Position numbers and translations under genes: made by a program. A DNA stretch of 64,000 nucleotides from Clostridia bacterium (lineage in GTDB: Bacteria > Bacillota > Clostridia > Christensenellales > UBA1242). This document shows, in pieces, positions 1 to 9,846 of this stretch. Every line of letters begins with the position of its first letter. The first letter of the stretch is position 1. Where the stretch lies: NCBI GenBank assembly GCA_017409005.1, contig JAFQTP010000002.1, forward strand, positions 162,943-226,942. The letters run 5' to 3'. The notes beneath the pieces are model-generated. The model worked only from the letters and a program-made list of their open reading frames with translations. It did not search any database and was not told where the DNA came from.

Positions 1-547
1 CTATATTTTTCAACTGCAGCTTTGTGCTCGGGAACTTCTTCCATTTCAAGGTGTAGTTTTTGAAGTTTAGGGTATACTTCGGTGTGCATTAATTCTTCTT
101 TTTGTTGTTCTGTTAGGTCGGTGCGATTTCTAACACTATCAAAAAGTTCTTTTTCAACTTTTCTTAAATCGGCTTCGGTTCGTTGATATTCTTCCCATAG
201 TTTTGCCTGTGTTTTTTTGTAGTTATTCATAAGTTGCTTATAATTGGGTTGTTCCATAACTTGGGCAATTCTGGTAAGTCTTTCAACTTCTTTATTAATT
301 TCTTGTTCTCTTAATTCTTGCCAACTTAGTTTGTTTGTTTCGTCTTGAAAACGTGAAATAATTGAACCGCAATTGCAACGCATTCCGGCACAAGCAAAAA
401 AGTTGTGGGTGGCCTCTAACCCCTCAACAGCATAATCGTTTTTGCCAAGATGTTCGGCAATGGTGCAACCAAAACAATTATTTAAAATATTAACAACCTT
501 TTGTGGGTCAACGTGCTTAGGCACGCAATATAAATTTAATTGACACA
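1..547 (-). CDS. hypothetical protein, C-terminus cut by window edge
   Basis: Absent from the ORF track because it runs off the edge. My translation from the ATG at 545-547 (minus) reads MCQLNLYCVPKHVDPQKVVNILNNCFGCTIAEHLGKNDYAVEGLEATHNFFACAGMRCNCG... and stays open to position 2. AAGGTGG RBS lies 6 nt upstream. Cys-rich N-terminus, then a charged helical region. Confidence 0.6.
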
Positions 548-677
548 TGGTTTAACCACCTTTTAAAGTTTTTAATATTTTATCGCACTTTTTACAAAAA
601 AGATAATATATAACAAAAAGTTTGTAAATTTTGAATTATTTTTATACAATAAAATTAATTAAAGTTAAGGGGATAAC

Positions 678-1268
678 ATGATTATAACTGTTACAGGGCA
701 TTCTGGTAGCGGAAAGAGCACGCTTGCACTAATGCTTTCGGTAAAACTTAATTTAACTCTTATTGATGTAGACGAAATTGTTGACGGAATGTATAACGAT
801 AAATCTATGCAACAAAACCTTAAAACTGCTTTTGGTGATGTTATTGAGGGTGAAGACGGAAAAATTGAAAAACGACTAGTTAGCAAAATTGTGTTAAACA
901 ACAAACAACATTGGGATACTTTAAATTATTTAACTTGGAACTATTTAGAAACCCAAATTGATAAACGCTTAAAAGCTTGTAATAATAACGCTATTATTGA
1001 CTATAAATTTATTCCTGTAACAAAATATTTTGAAATTGCCAACTATAACATTTTAGTGGAGGCTAAAAACGATAAGCTTCGCGAAAAACACTTAATTAAA
1101 CGTGATAAAATTGATAAGTATGTGGTTGCAAAACGTGATAGTTTTAGTCCTAATTATAAGCGCCACGAGTTTAGTTTTGTTGTTTTAAACAACTACACCA
1201 AAGATTTTGCCGACATGTGCGAAAGTTTGATTAGGCAAATTAAAGAAGATTCCGAGAACAAAAATTAA
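678..1268 (+). CDS. coaE: P-loop kinase, dephospho-CoA kinase-like
   Basis: N-terminal Walker A IITVTGHSGSGKST. Spacing of IDVDEI, FG..I...DG.I.R..L and a late RD motif fits the CoaE layout. GGGG RBS. Confidence 0.55.
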   Translation: MIITVTGHSGSGKSTLALMLSVKLNLTLIDVDEIVDGMYNDKSMQQNLKTAFGDVIEGEDGKIEKRLVSKIVLNNKQHWDTLNYLTWNYLETQIDKRLKACNNNAIIDYKFIPVTKYFEIANYNILVEAKNDKLREKHLIKRDKIDKYVVAKRDSFSPNYKRHEFSFVVLNNYTKDFADMCESLIRQIKEDSENKN

Positions 1269-1287
1269 ATTATTAAGTTTAAACATA

Positions 1288-1320
1288 AAAAACACCAGAT
1301 TAACTGGTGTTTTGTTTTTT
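1288..1320. terminator. bidirectional rho-independent terminator
   Basis: CACCAG-ATTAA-CTGGTG flanked by an A-run and a T-run, between convergent genes. Confidence 0.8.
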
Positions 1321-2502
1321 TTATTTAATATCTTTTTCGTAATCGGAGTCGGAAATAGTGTAGGTTTTTTGTGTTGAGAAAAAGTTTAACACTTTTGTAG
1401 AACCCCAACCAATTGCTGCAAGTAAAATAAAGTAAACAACGCCAAACCATGAAAGTGTTGGTTGCGATTTTGTGAATAAGTCAATAATGGTTGCACCAGC
1501 AGTCATCGATGTAACAATGGTTAAACCTTTAACCGAACGGCTTGTAACCGAACTAGATAGTGAGCCAAACAATTTTTGAGCCGACGAAACGTGATTTTGA
1601 GTCATAACCCACAAACTTTTAATATATTCTAGGGTGTTACGAAGTGTTTCATATTTGTAACCTGAAATTGCCAAAAACTCTTCTAGGTCTTTATCGGCTT
1701 TTGCAATTTTTTCACGAGTTGAAACATAGGTTCCCATTTGTTTAATACGTCCATCAATTAAGTTAATGGTTTTTGCAATGTTGTTAAGCTTAGAGTTAAA
1801 TTTAACAATGTCTTTACCTTTAACTTTTGTGTTGCTTTTTACATCGTCAATTTGTTCCCAAACAATACGGTGAATGTTTAAATAACGGTGTAGTTGTCCT
1901 TTAAACTCTCTAACAAAAACTTCTTCTTCAATATAACGTTCAATAGTGTGAAGGTCTTTGTTTTTATTGTTAATAAAGTAAAATTTATCGCCTCGAACGA
2001 CATCGTATTTTTCGTTTGAAATTTCAAAATATTTTTGGCGGTCGGTTTGTGAAAGTAATTCCATAATTTCATCACGGTTAGAATTTTTGCAAACAACAAA
2101 GTAAGGATAAATGGTTTCAATGTTTGCAAGTTCCTTGGGAATAGGAGCACCAAGACTAAACAAATAGCTAATTGCAGGTGAAAACTTGTTTTCGTAATAG
2201 TCAGTTAACTTATCAATATCTGAAAGTAAAGTTTCTTTGGTAACATTTTTATTTTTTAAAACAATTAAACCATCTTCAAAAATTTTAACATCAATGTTTT
2301 GTCCGGTGGTAATAATAATATATTCTTCTCCGCTAACATTATAATCTAAACTGCCAATGTTTAAATTTTTTCTGTGTTCTTCAAGTAACGCAGGGTCTAG
2401 TTTTAGTTGTGATTTTGCGTCTTTTAAAAAAGTGTAAATTTCGGATAATTGCAACATTGTGCGTTGAAACCATCCACCAATATAAACATTTTGAATGTCC
2501 AT
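1321..2502 (-). CDS. hypothetical membrane-anchored protein (large soluble N-domain, two C-terminal TM helices)
   Basis: 393-aa ORF with GGAGG RBS. The C-terminal hydrophobic pair (GLTIVTSMTAGATIIDLF / WFGVVYFILLAAIGWG) gives a CorA-like topology, but no GMN motif is present. Confidence 0.65.
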   Translation of the reverse strand: MDIQNVYIGGWFQRTMLQLSEIYTFLKDAKSQLKLDPALLEEHRKNLNIGSLDYNVSGEEYIIITTGQNIDVKIFEDGLIVLKNKNVTKETLLSDIDKLTDYYENKFSPAISYLFSLGAPIPKELANIETIYPYFVVCKNSNRDEIMELLSQTDRQKYFEISNEKYDVVRGDKFYFINNKNKDLHTIERYIEEEVFVREFKGQLHRYLNIHRIVWEQIDDVKSNTKVKGKDIVKFNSKLNNIAKTINLIDGRIKQMGTYVSTREKIAKADKDLEEFLAISGYKYETLRNTLEYIKSLWVMTQNHVSSAQKLFGSLSSSVTSRSVKGLTIVTSMTAGATIIDLFTKSQPTLSWFGVVYFILLAAIGWGSTKVLNFFSTQKTYTISDSDYEKDIK

Positions 2503-2526
2503 ACTTGTCCTCCGAAAAGTTTAGTT

Positions 2527-2546
2527 TTAAATTAATCTTAAGTTTA
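2527..2546. promoter_or_regulatory. 20-nt motif TTAAATTAATCTTAAGTTTA, copy 1
   Basis: Exact copy of 33029-33048. Abuts the TATAAT of the minus-strand promoter of 1321..2502. Confidence 0.4.
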
Positions 2547-2842
2547 TTATATAACCAACTAAAGTTTTAAACAAAACGATTTTTTAAGTTTTGTTTGTTT
2601 TTAACTAAACAAAACAAAAAGCAAGAGGTGTGCCTCGCGCTTTAAAATTTTAATGTTTAATTAAATTATCTAATTGGTGCAACAAACACGCAGTTAAATT
2701 TAGTGTTAGAGTTAATGCCATACACATCTAACAAAATAAAAAATGTTAAATAAACAAAATTGCTTTAAAACAAAACTAGCCAAAATTATTAAGAGTTTTG
2801 GTTTATATATGATAAAATAAAACTGAAATTAAGGAGGGGAAA

Positions 2843-4309
2843 ATGAGTAATTACGACGTTATTATTGTGGGTGCTGGCCCTAGCGGAATTTTTTGTGCAT
2901 ACGAACTTGTTCAAAAAAATAAAGCAAAAAATGTTTTGCTTATCGAGCAAGGTCGAAACATTAAAAATAGGGCATGTCCCATTGAAAAAGCAAAAAAATG
3001 CTTACACTGCAAGCCCTATTGCAACATAACAAGTGGCTTTTCGGGCGCAGGTGCATTTTCCGATGGAAAATTGTTATCGTATCACCTTTCAATGTTTAAC
3101 AGTGGCGACGATATGTATTTGGGCGGCAATGGCGGAAGTTATATTAAAGATTTTTATTCGGCAGACGAAATTAAAGAACTTTTAACCTACACCGATAACG
3201 TTTATTTAAACTTTGGTGCAGAGCCACACCTAGAGGGTGTTGAAAACCGCGAAGAAATTGCTGAACTACAACGCAAAGCAACCAAAGAAAAACTAAGTTT
3301 AATAGATATTCCTCTAAGGCATTTGGGCACCGAAAAATCGCAAGAACTATATGGAAAATTGCAAGACTATTTAGAAGCTAATGGCATAAACATTTTATAC
3401 AACACTACCGTTAAGGAAATTATTGTTGAAAATGGTGTTGCTAAAGGTGTTGAAGTGTTTAGTGCATTCGACCAAGATGTTAAAAACCCCAAAACCACAA
3501 CCTACTACTCTAACAACATTGTTATTGCAGTTGGACGTAAAGGTGCCGATTGGCTTAGTGAAGTGTGCATAAAGCACGATATTAAAACCGAAGTTGGCTC
3601 GGTTGATATTGGTGTTAGATACGAACTAAGCAACGACGTTATGGAAAAGGTTAACAAACTTTTATATGAGGGTAAGTTTATTGGCAGGCCTTCAACCTAT
3701 GGCGATAAGGTTAGAACATTCTGTCAAAACCCAAGCGGATTTGTTTCGGCAGAGGTTTATAAAAACAACCTAACCTTGGTTAACGGACATAGTTATAAAG
3801 ATAAAAAAAGTAAAAACACAAACCTTGCAATTTTGGCTTCGCACCACTTTACTCACCCATTTAACAAACCGCTTGAATATGGTGTTAATGTGGCTGCAAA
3901 CGTAAACAAACTTGCAAATGGCGGAATTTTGGTTCAGCGTTTAGGCGATATTTACAGAGGCAAACGCACATGGCCGCAAGACTTAGAAAATAATAAAATT
4001 ACACCAACATTATCTAGTGCAATTCCGGGCGATATTACCTATGCTATTGGGTATCGTACCATGACTGATATTTTAGAGTTTATCAGAAGTGTAGATAAAG
4101 TTGTAGAGGGTTTTGCTAATCCTGAAAACTTGCTTTATGCACCAGAAATTAAGTTTTATTCAAACACGGTTGTTGTTAATAAAAACTTTGAAACCAGCGT
4201 TAAAAATCTTTATTGCATTGGCGATGGCGGAGGATTAACCACAGGGCTTATGATGGCAAGTGCGTCTGGTGTGCAAATGGCACGCATTTTAACAACAAAT
4301 AAAATATAA
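2843..4309 (+). CDS. FAD-dependent oxidoreductase (COG2509-like)
   Basis: N-terminal dinucleotide fold YDVIIVGAGPSGIFCA and C-terminal CIGDGGG motif. Paralogous in layout to 42979..44547. GGAGGGG RBS. Confidence 0.8.
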   Translation: MSNYDVIIVGAGPSGIFCAYELVQKNKAKNVLLIEQGRNIKNRACPIEKAKKCLHCKPYCNITSGFSGAGAFSDGKLLSYHLSMFNSGDDMYLGGNGGSYIKDFYSADEIKELLTYTDNVYLNFGAEPHLEGVENREEIAELQRKATKEKLSLIDIPLRHLGTEKSQELYGKLQDYLEANGINILYNTTVKEIIVENGVAKGVEVFSAFDQDVKNPKTTTYYSNNIVIAVGRKGADWLSEVCIKHDIKTEVGSVDIGVRYELSNDVMEKVNKLLYEGKFIGRPSTYGDKVRTFCQNPSGFVSAEVYKNNLTLVNGHSYKDKKSKNTNLAILASHHFTHPFNKPLEYGVNVAANVNKLANGGILVQRLGDIYRGKRTWPQDLENNKITPTLSSAIPGDITYAIGYRTMTDILEFIRSVDKVVEGFANPENLLYAPEIKFYSNTVVVNKNFETSVKNLYCIGDGGGLTTGLMMASASGVQMARILTTNKI

Positions 4310-4315
4310 TAAATA

Positions 4316-4343
4316 AAAAACACCTATTTCTAGGTGTTTTTTT
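4316..4343. terminator. bidirectional rho-independent terminator
   Basis: CACCTA-TTTC-TAGGTG plus T7, with an A-run before it. Confidence 0.8.
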
Positions 4344-4382
4344 GTTGCTTTATAATCTGGGTTTATTATTAATTATTATTAA

Positions 4383-6890
4383 TTAAGCACTTTCTTCCGT
4401 GCTTTCAAAAAAGCCTTCAAACCTGCTTCCCAATGCAGCTTTATAAGCATCTTCGGTTCCTTTCGGAACAGTAAGTGTTTCTAAAATAGCAGTTCCTCTA
4501 AACCAACCATCGCTAAACACAGGTGGTGTTTCGCCTAAAAAGTTAAGGGTTTTAATAAGTGGTGCATATGCTCCTGAAGCATAACCAAACAAACTTGACG
4601 GCACAGTTTCAACTGTGGCACCAATGTTTAAAGTGATGTGTTTTGCTCCTTCAGGATATTGATATCCCGGATGCATAGCGGTTAACGAGTAAGCACCGCA
4701 ATGTTCAAAAATGTAATAGTGTGAAGACGAAGGATGAAAGTTTAATTTGCAGTTTTTAGCGTTGTAGTTTAAAACTTTAAGCCTTAAAATATCGGCAAAC
4801 GCACACGATTCCATAAGTTCAACTGTTGATGGTATAGTAATTTCTTCAAGTAGTGTGCAATCGGCAAAAGCAAATTGTCCAATTTTTTTAACGCCTTCAG
4901 AAATAATCAATTTTTTAACGCGTTCGCCATTTTGGTAAAATCCGTCAGCCCAATTAAATGGCACAGCCCAAGGGTCGGCTATGTACACGCCACACCAAGC
5001 ATCGGTATCTTCAATTTCAACATATTTTAGTTTGCGGCAATCGTTAAATGCGCCAGTATCAATTGTTTTTAGTGCTTTATGGAAATAAATTTCTTTTAAA
5101 CTTGCACATTGAGCAAAGCAATGTTCGCCAATTATAGTAACATTTTTAGGAACATCAAATTCGGTTATTGCTGCACCATATAGGGCATATGGACCAAACT
5201 CGGTAAAAGTGTTAGCATCTTCAAATGTAAACGATGCTAAACTTTCACATTGTGCAAATGCATATTGCGGAAGCGTTGTTACGCCTTTTGGCAAATTAAC
5301 GCTTAGCAAACTTTTACAAATGTTAAATGCAAGTTCTTCAATGGTGTGTAGTTTTGAGTTTTCGGCAAATTCTAATTTTTTAAGTTCAAAACATCTGCCA
5401 AACGCCCAACGTTCAATTTTTTCTATGTTAGCCGAAATTTTCAATTTAATAACTGTGCTTTCATAAAACACAGGATCCGAAATTTTAACACCATGCTCAT
5501 TTAAATAGCTTCCTTTAACAACTTTAACTGGTAAATCATTGTATGTGTCTGGAATTAAAATGTTTGGCGAGTTTTCGCATTCGCCAAGCCCCGAAACCGA
5601 ATAATAAGTTCCGTCGTCAGATAAAGCAAATTCTAAGTTGCTATCGTAAACATCTGGTGTAAACTTAGAGTAAACCACAACATCTTCGTTAAGCGGACTT
5701 GTTGCATAAGTTTCGGCTGTTAGTTGTTGTGAAAAAGTTTCGTTATCAAAATACCAACCACCAAAAGTGTGGGTGTCGCTATATGGGTTTGTTGGAAGGG
5801 TTATTGATTCGTTTCCTAAAGTTTGAATGGTTGAATAAAGGGTGCCTTCAGAATAAAACATTATTGAATGTGCTTCTGGTTCAACCACAGGAATTTCAGT
5901 AAATTTAGCATAAATAGTAACATTTCCAGTTAGGTTAGTAGATTCGTAATAATCTGCTTCAAACGGTTTTAAAAATATTTCGTTATCAAAATACCACCCA
6001 TTAAAATCGTAACCAGATTTTGTTGGGTTTTCTGGCAGAATTATTGTTTCATGCCCAGCAGTTTGAACTGTGGCAACGGTTGCTCCGTCTGAAACAAAAG
6101 TTATTGTGTATACTTCTGGCTCGGGGCTTTTAAAGTATGCATAAACCGTTATGTTGTCGGTTAAATAGGTGCTAGCATAAGTGTTTGCATCAAACTTATT
6201 TTGCCATGTGTTTTTATCGAAGTACCACCCCATAAACAAATAGTCTGGTTTGTCTGGCGATAGGGGCATGTTGGTTAAAACTTTATTTCCGGCGGTGTCA
6301 ATGGTGTGATAAACTTTGTCGTCAACCATAAAGTTTATTTTATAAATTGTGCCGTCGTTATGAATAAATTTTGCATAAATTGAAATGTTTTCGCCCAATT
6401 TTTTTGATGCATACGAATTAGCCATAAATGGTTTTAAAAATGTTTCGTTATCAAAATACCAGCCAGCAAAAGTGCAATTGTTTTTAGTTGGGTCGTTAGG
6501 CAAGGTTAGTGTTTCGTAGCCTGGTGTGCTAATTGTGGCGTGCACATTGGTGCCGTTATAAAATGTTATGTTATAACTTAATCTGCTTTGCCTATATTTA
6601 GCATAAATGTTAATGCTTCCGTTAACAGGTTTTTTCTCGAAATCAAATTTTGAGAACGGAAATTCCCATTCGTTGTTGTCGTAATACCACCCCTCAAAAC
6701 TATATCCGGGTTTGTTAGATGGATTAGGAATGTTTATAACTTTATATCCGTCGGTTTTAACGGTGTAGTAAACAACACCATCAACATAAAAAGTTAGTTT
6801 GTTTTCTTCTGGCGGAGTTTGTCCGCAACCAGAAAAACAAACTAAAGTAAATATTAACATTAAAAACACCGATAATATATTTCTTTTCAT
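4383..6890 (-). CDS. surface lipoprotein with five Listeria-Bacteroides (InlB B-type) repeats and a C-terminal BspA-type leucine-rich repeat region
   Basis: Signal peptide with lipobox LVCFSG-C. Five repeats of about 80 aa carry G(Y)xFxGWYxDxxxxxxF. The C-terminal half has repeated F..C..L..I.IP LRR units. Confidence 0.85.
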   Translation of the reverse strand: MKRNILSVFLMLIFTLVCFSGCGQTPPEENKLTFYVDGVVYYTVKTDGYKVINIPNPSNKPGYSFEGWYYDNNEWEFPFSKFDFEKKPVNGSINIYAKYRQSRLSYNITFYNGTNVHATISTPGYETLTLPNDPTKNNCTFAGWYFDNETFLKPFMANSYASKKLGENISIYAKFIHNDGTIYKINFMVDDKVYHTIDTAGNKVLTNMPLSPDKPDYLFMGWYFDKNTWQNKFDANTYASTYLTDNITVYAYFKSPEPEVYTITFVSDGATVATVQTAGHETIILPENPTKSGYDFNGWYFDNEIFLKPFEADYYESTNLTGNVTIYAKFTEIPVVEPEAHSIMFYSEGTLYSTIQTLGNESITLPTNPYSDTHTFGGWYFDNETFSQQLTAETYATSPLNEDVVVYSKFTPDVYDSNLEFALSDDGTYYSVSGLGECENSPNILIPDTYNDLPVKVVKGSYLNEHGVKISDPVFYESTVIKLKISANIEKIERWAFGRCFELKKLEFAENSKLHTIEELAFNICKSLLSVNLPKGVTTLPQYAFAQCESLASFTFEDANTFTEFGPYALYGAAITEFDVPKNVTIIGEHCFAQCASLKEIYFHKALKTIDTGAFNDCRKLKYVEIEDTDAWCGVYIADPWAVPFNWADGFYQNGERVKKLIISEGVKKIGQFAFADCTLLEEITIPSTVELMESCAFADILRLKVLNYNAKNCKLNFHPSSSHYYIFEHCGAYSLTAMHPGYQYPEGAKHITLNIGATVETVPSSLFGYASGAYAPLIKTLNFLGETPPVFSDGWFRGTAILETLTVPKGTEDAYKAALGSRFEGFFESTEESA
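5660..6803 (-). repeat. intragenic approx. 240-bp coding repeats (five InlB B-type repeats)
   Basis: Recurring CGTTATCAAAATACCA(A/C/G)CC on the plus strand (near 5741, 5981 and 6441) encodes GWYFDNE. Confidence 0.7.
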
Positions 6891-6961
6891 TTGTAATCCT
6901 CTTATCGTTATTCTAGCACAAAAATAAACTTTTACATATTAATTAATAAAAAACTTAAAAT

Positions 6962-6990
6962 AAAAACACTTTAAGTTTTAAAGTGTTTTT
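6962..6990. terminator. rho-independent terminator after the NUDIX pair
   Basis: AACACTTTAA / TTAAAGTGTT stem with flanking A and T runs. Confidence 0.7.
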
Positions 6991-7015
6991 GTTTGTTAAA
7001 ATAATTATTATTGTT

Positions 7016-7528
7016 TTATTTTAAAATTTTTGAAACCCAATCTTTATATTCTTTCGAATGAGCACAAAAATCTTCGGAATAAAGCAATTTTACAAAATCG
7101 GTGTAATTAAGCCACTTTACTTCTGCAACTTCTTCAGATTGAATTTTAATTTCATTCTCGTTAACGTTAGTTTTTAATAAATAAACTTGAGCTAGTTCCC
7201 ACCCTTTCTTATTAATTATTTGTTTCAAAAAAATAAAATCATTTTCTGAAGCGTTAATACCTAATTCTTCTTTAGTTTCTCTGACACATGTGTTGAGTGG
7301 TGTTTCGCCTGCGTCAACATGTCCAGCAGAGGGCATATCCCATTTCCCTGGACTTTTCTTTTTTGTTAAGGCTCTTTTTTGAACTAAAAGTTGACCATTA
7401 TCATTTTTTATCCAAATCCAAACCGCTTTATGATAAACTTGGGGATTTTCTGAATGACAAAAACTTCTAGGCTTAACCCCTAAATGATTACCATCAATAT
7501 CAAAAACATCTAACATTTCTTCCATCAT
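7016..7528 (-). CDS. NUDIX hydrolase
   Basis: Nudix box GHVDAGETPLNTCVRETKEELGI. Confidence 0.85.
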   Translation of the reverse strand: MMEEMLDVFDIDGNHLGVKPRSFCHSENPQVYHKAVWIWIKNDNGQLLVQKRALTKKKSPGKWDMPSAGHVDAGETPLNTCVRETKEELGINASENDFIFLKQIINKKGWELAQVYLLKTNVNENEIKIQSEEVAEVKWLNYTDFVKLLYSEDFCAHSKEYKDWVSKILK

Positions 7529-7541
7529 AAAACACCTCTAA

Positions 7542-8006
7542 TTAATCTAACTTAATGCCAAATTTAGTAAACTCGGCAACATTTTCAATCATTTCTTGTT
7601 TGCTAATTTCTAAAACGCTAACATCTGGTTTAAATTCGCCATCTAAACCAACTTGCGTGCCATTTGTGTAGCCCACAAATTTAGTGTAAAAAATTTCGGC
7701 AACATTGTTAATATCAAACTCGGTTTCTTTGTAGTTCCAGTGGCTTGTGTATTTAATAAAGCCCAAACTTTTAACAACTTGTGCATTAACATTAAGTTCT
7801 TCTTTAAGTTCACGAACAATTGCTGTTTGGGTGGTTTCGCCTTTATCAACACTTCCACCTGCAAGGCAATATTTATCTTTCCCTTGTGGTGTGCTTAAAA
7901 CTAAAAACCTGCCGTCTTTTTCAACAACTGCATATGTTTTTAAAATAGGTTGGTTCTTTTTAAACAGCTTATAATACCTTTTAACTTTTTCTTCAAAATA
8001 GCTCAT
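7542..8006 (-). CDS. NUDIX hydrolase
   Basis: Nudix box GGSVDKGETTQTAIVRELKEELNV. I prefer the internal ATG at 8006 (MSYFEEK, AAGGA upstream) over the track start at 8069. Confidence 0.8.
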   Translation of the reverse strand: MSYFEEKVKRYYKLFKKNQPILKTYAVVEKDGRFLVLSTPQGKDKYCLAGGSVDKGETTQTAIVRELKEELNVNAQVVKSLGFIKYTSHWNYKETEFDINNVAEIFYTKFVGYTNGTQVGLDGEFKPDVSVLEISKQEMIENVAEFTKFGIKLD

Positions 8007-8060
8007 AACAAAGTCCTTTACGGATTTATTAAAAATATTATACACCATATGTAAAAAAAC

Positions 8061-8092
8061 AAAAAACACTTAAAATTAAATTAAGTGTTTTT
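8061..8092. terminator. rho-independent terminator after the ABC operon
   Basis: ACACTTAA / TTAAGTGT stem with flanking A and T runs. Confidence 0.7.
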
Positions 8093-8103
8093 AAATAAAT
8101 TAA

Positions 8104-8928
8104 TTATAAAATGTTGGTTTTTCGTAAAATTAAATCGCTAACATAACCTAAACCAAAAGCAAACATTGCTCCACCAGCCAAACAAAGCACAACATTTAAA
8201 AAGGTTGCATTAATAGGTGTAATCATTGGAACCATTGCAAAAAGCAACATGCTTGCACCAAGCGAACAAATAATTGAAAGCCAACTTTTTTGTTTACATG
8301 CAACGCTTACTGTTAAAAATATTGCAATAAACACAGCCATTAATAAAAGTTTTGAAAGCATACACATAACAACGCCGCCCACACTTGTTCCAACAAGTTC
8401 AAACGAAAGGCTTGAAATTGCACCGCCAATCATGGCTCCAACAAAAAATGCAATTAACATGCTGATGCCACAAACCAAACAACTTAATGTTTTTGAAATA
8501 ACATAGTCGTTCTTTTTGGCTCTAACGGTAAACAAGTTTTTAGCATATCCGCTTCTAAAATCGTCTGAAACAAATAAGCAAACAAACACCGAAGAAATAA
8601 AGTAAACTAAGTTAATGTTGCACATGCTTGATAAGTCCATTTGCATACCAGCACTTGCTGCATCTGCCGAGGCAGAACTAGCAGTGCCAATAATTTGCCA
8701 AACATTTTTAAATCCTTCAATTACAGTTGTTTCACCAGTTTGAGGGTTTATGTTAACTGTTCCGTCCATCATGGAGGTCATAACTAAAATTAAGATTGGC
8801 ATAACTAAGCAAATTCCCACCATTAAGTAAAATAGTGGAGTTGTAAACATGCGTCGGAAGTCAATTGTTAACATACTTTTTAGTCGTTTACTAAAACTAT
8901 TTTTTTCAAATGTAATTTGATTTGTCAT
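8104..8928 (-). CDS. ABC-2 type transporter permease (module 2)
   Basis: About 6 hydrophobic segments. It follows its ATPase with a 1-nt gap. The N-terminus aligns with the permease at 9847..10665 (F.KR.K.ML..DF.R.F.TP.FY). Confidence 0.8.
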   Translation of the reverse strand: MTNQITFEKNSFSKRLKSMLTIDFRRMFTTPLFYLMVGICLVMPILILVMTSMMDGTVNINPQTGETTVIEGFKNVWQIIGTASSASADAASAGMQMDLSSMCNINLVYFISSVFVCLFVSDDFRSGYAKNLFTVRAKKNDYVISKTLSCLVCGISMLIAFFVGAMIGGAISSLSFELVGTSVGGVVMCMLSKLLLMAVFIAIFLTVSVACKQKSWLSIICSLGASMLLFAMVPMITPINATFLNVVLCLAGGAMFAFGLGYVSDLILRKTNIL

Positions 8929-8929
8929 G

Positions 8930-9832
8930 TTATTTAACCTCCTTATTATCCATTAAATTAATATAGTATTCTTCTAAATTAATTTTGTCGGTTTTAATTT
9001 CGCTAACAGTAATTTTGTTGTCAAACAAATATTTAACAATTTGTTCTGGCTTTTCTGCGTCGTAAACACGAATATATTCGTTTTCCTCAACAACTCTATC
9101 AAATTTGCGTTCAAGCAATTTTTTTGTTTTTTCCATATCTTTTGCTTTTAGTGCAACATATGTAGGGCAGTTTGCTTCAAGCTCGGCGGCTGTCATTTCC
9201 TTAATCATTTTGCCACCACGAATAATTCCATAGTGTGTTGCAATTTTTTCAAGTTCGCCAAGTATGTGCGACGAAACTAGCACAGTGCAGCTATATGTTT
9301 TAGTAATGTCAACAAGCACTTCACGCATAATACGCATGCCATCGGCATCTAATCCATTAATTGGTTCGTCTAACACAAGCAAAACTGGGTTGCCAAGCAG
9401 TGCCATTGCAATTCCAATGCGTTGTTTCATTCCAAGCGAGCAGTTTTTATATTTGTTAGAGGCCGAGCCTTCCATTCTAACCATTTTTAAAACTTTTGCA
9501 ACCTCTTGTTCTGGGTTTTCAATGCTTAAGTTTGCAGCTTGAAGCATTAGGTTGTTCCAAACACTAATGTTAGGGAAACAGCCGGGCGATTCAATTAACA
9601 CACCAACCTTTGCTCTAACATCTGGGTCGGAAAGGGGCCTATCAAAAAGTTTAATTTCGCCACCGTTCGCATGCATAAGTCCGCATATAATTTTTTCTGT
9701 GGTCGATTTTCCACTTCCATTTTCGCCAATAAACCCATAAATTGAACCTACTGGCACAGTCATGTTTAAACCACCAAGGGCTTGTTTTTCACCAAAATTT
9801 TTAGTTAAATTTTTAATTTCTATTGCGTTCAT
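8930..9832 (-). CDS. ABC transporter ATP-binding protein (module 2)
   Basis: Walker A GENGSGKST, signature SLGMKQR, Walker B LLVLDEP. Confidence 0.9.
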   Translation of the reverse strand: MNAIEIKNLTKNFGEKQALGGLNMTVPVGSIYGFIGENGSGKSTTEKIICGLMHANGGEIKLFDRPLSDPDVRAKVGVLIESPGCFPNISVWNNLMLQAANLSIENPEQEVAKVLKMVRMEGSASNKYKNCSLGMKQRIGIAMALLGNPVLLVLDEPINGLDADGMRIMREVLVDITKTYSCTVLVSSHILGELEKIATHYGIIRGGKMIKEMTAAELEANCPTYVALKAKDMEKTKKLLERKFDRVVEENEYIRVYDAEKPEQIVKYLFDNKITVSEIKTDKINLEEYYINLMDNKEVK

Positions 9833-9846
9833 TTTAAGCCCTCCTT

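Noticed and set aside
665-904. Short ORFs antisense to or nested within longer genes. Examples: 665..904, 1878..2153, 3395..3577, 5209..5466, 5699..5902, 7643..7974 set, 8249..8506, 9264..9740, 9989..10237, 25889..26986, 29327..30267 set, 30376..31209, 31550..32320, 39044..40387, 57466..58788, 59865..60463, 63117..63323.
   Set aside because: Each lies inside a longer ORF on the other strand or frame that has clear family motifs and an RBS. Their translations are low-complexity (Leu/Phe/Ser/Thr-rich), as expected from antisense reading of AT-rich coding DNA.
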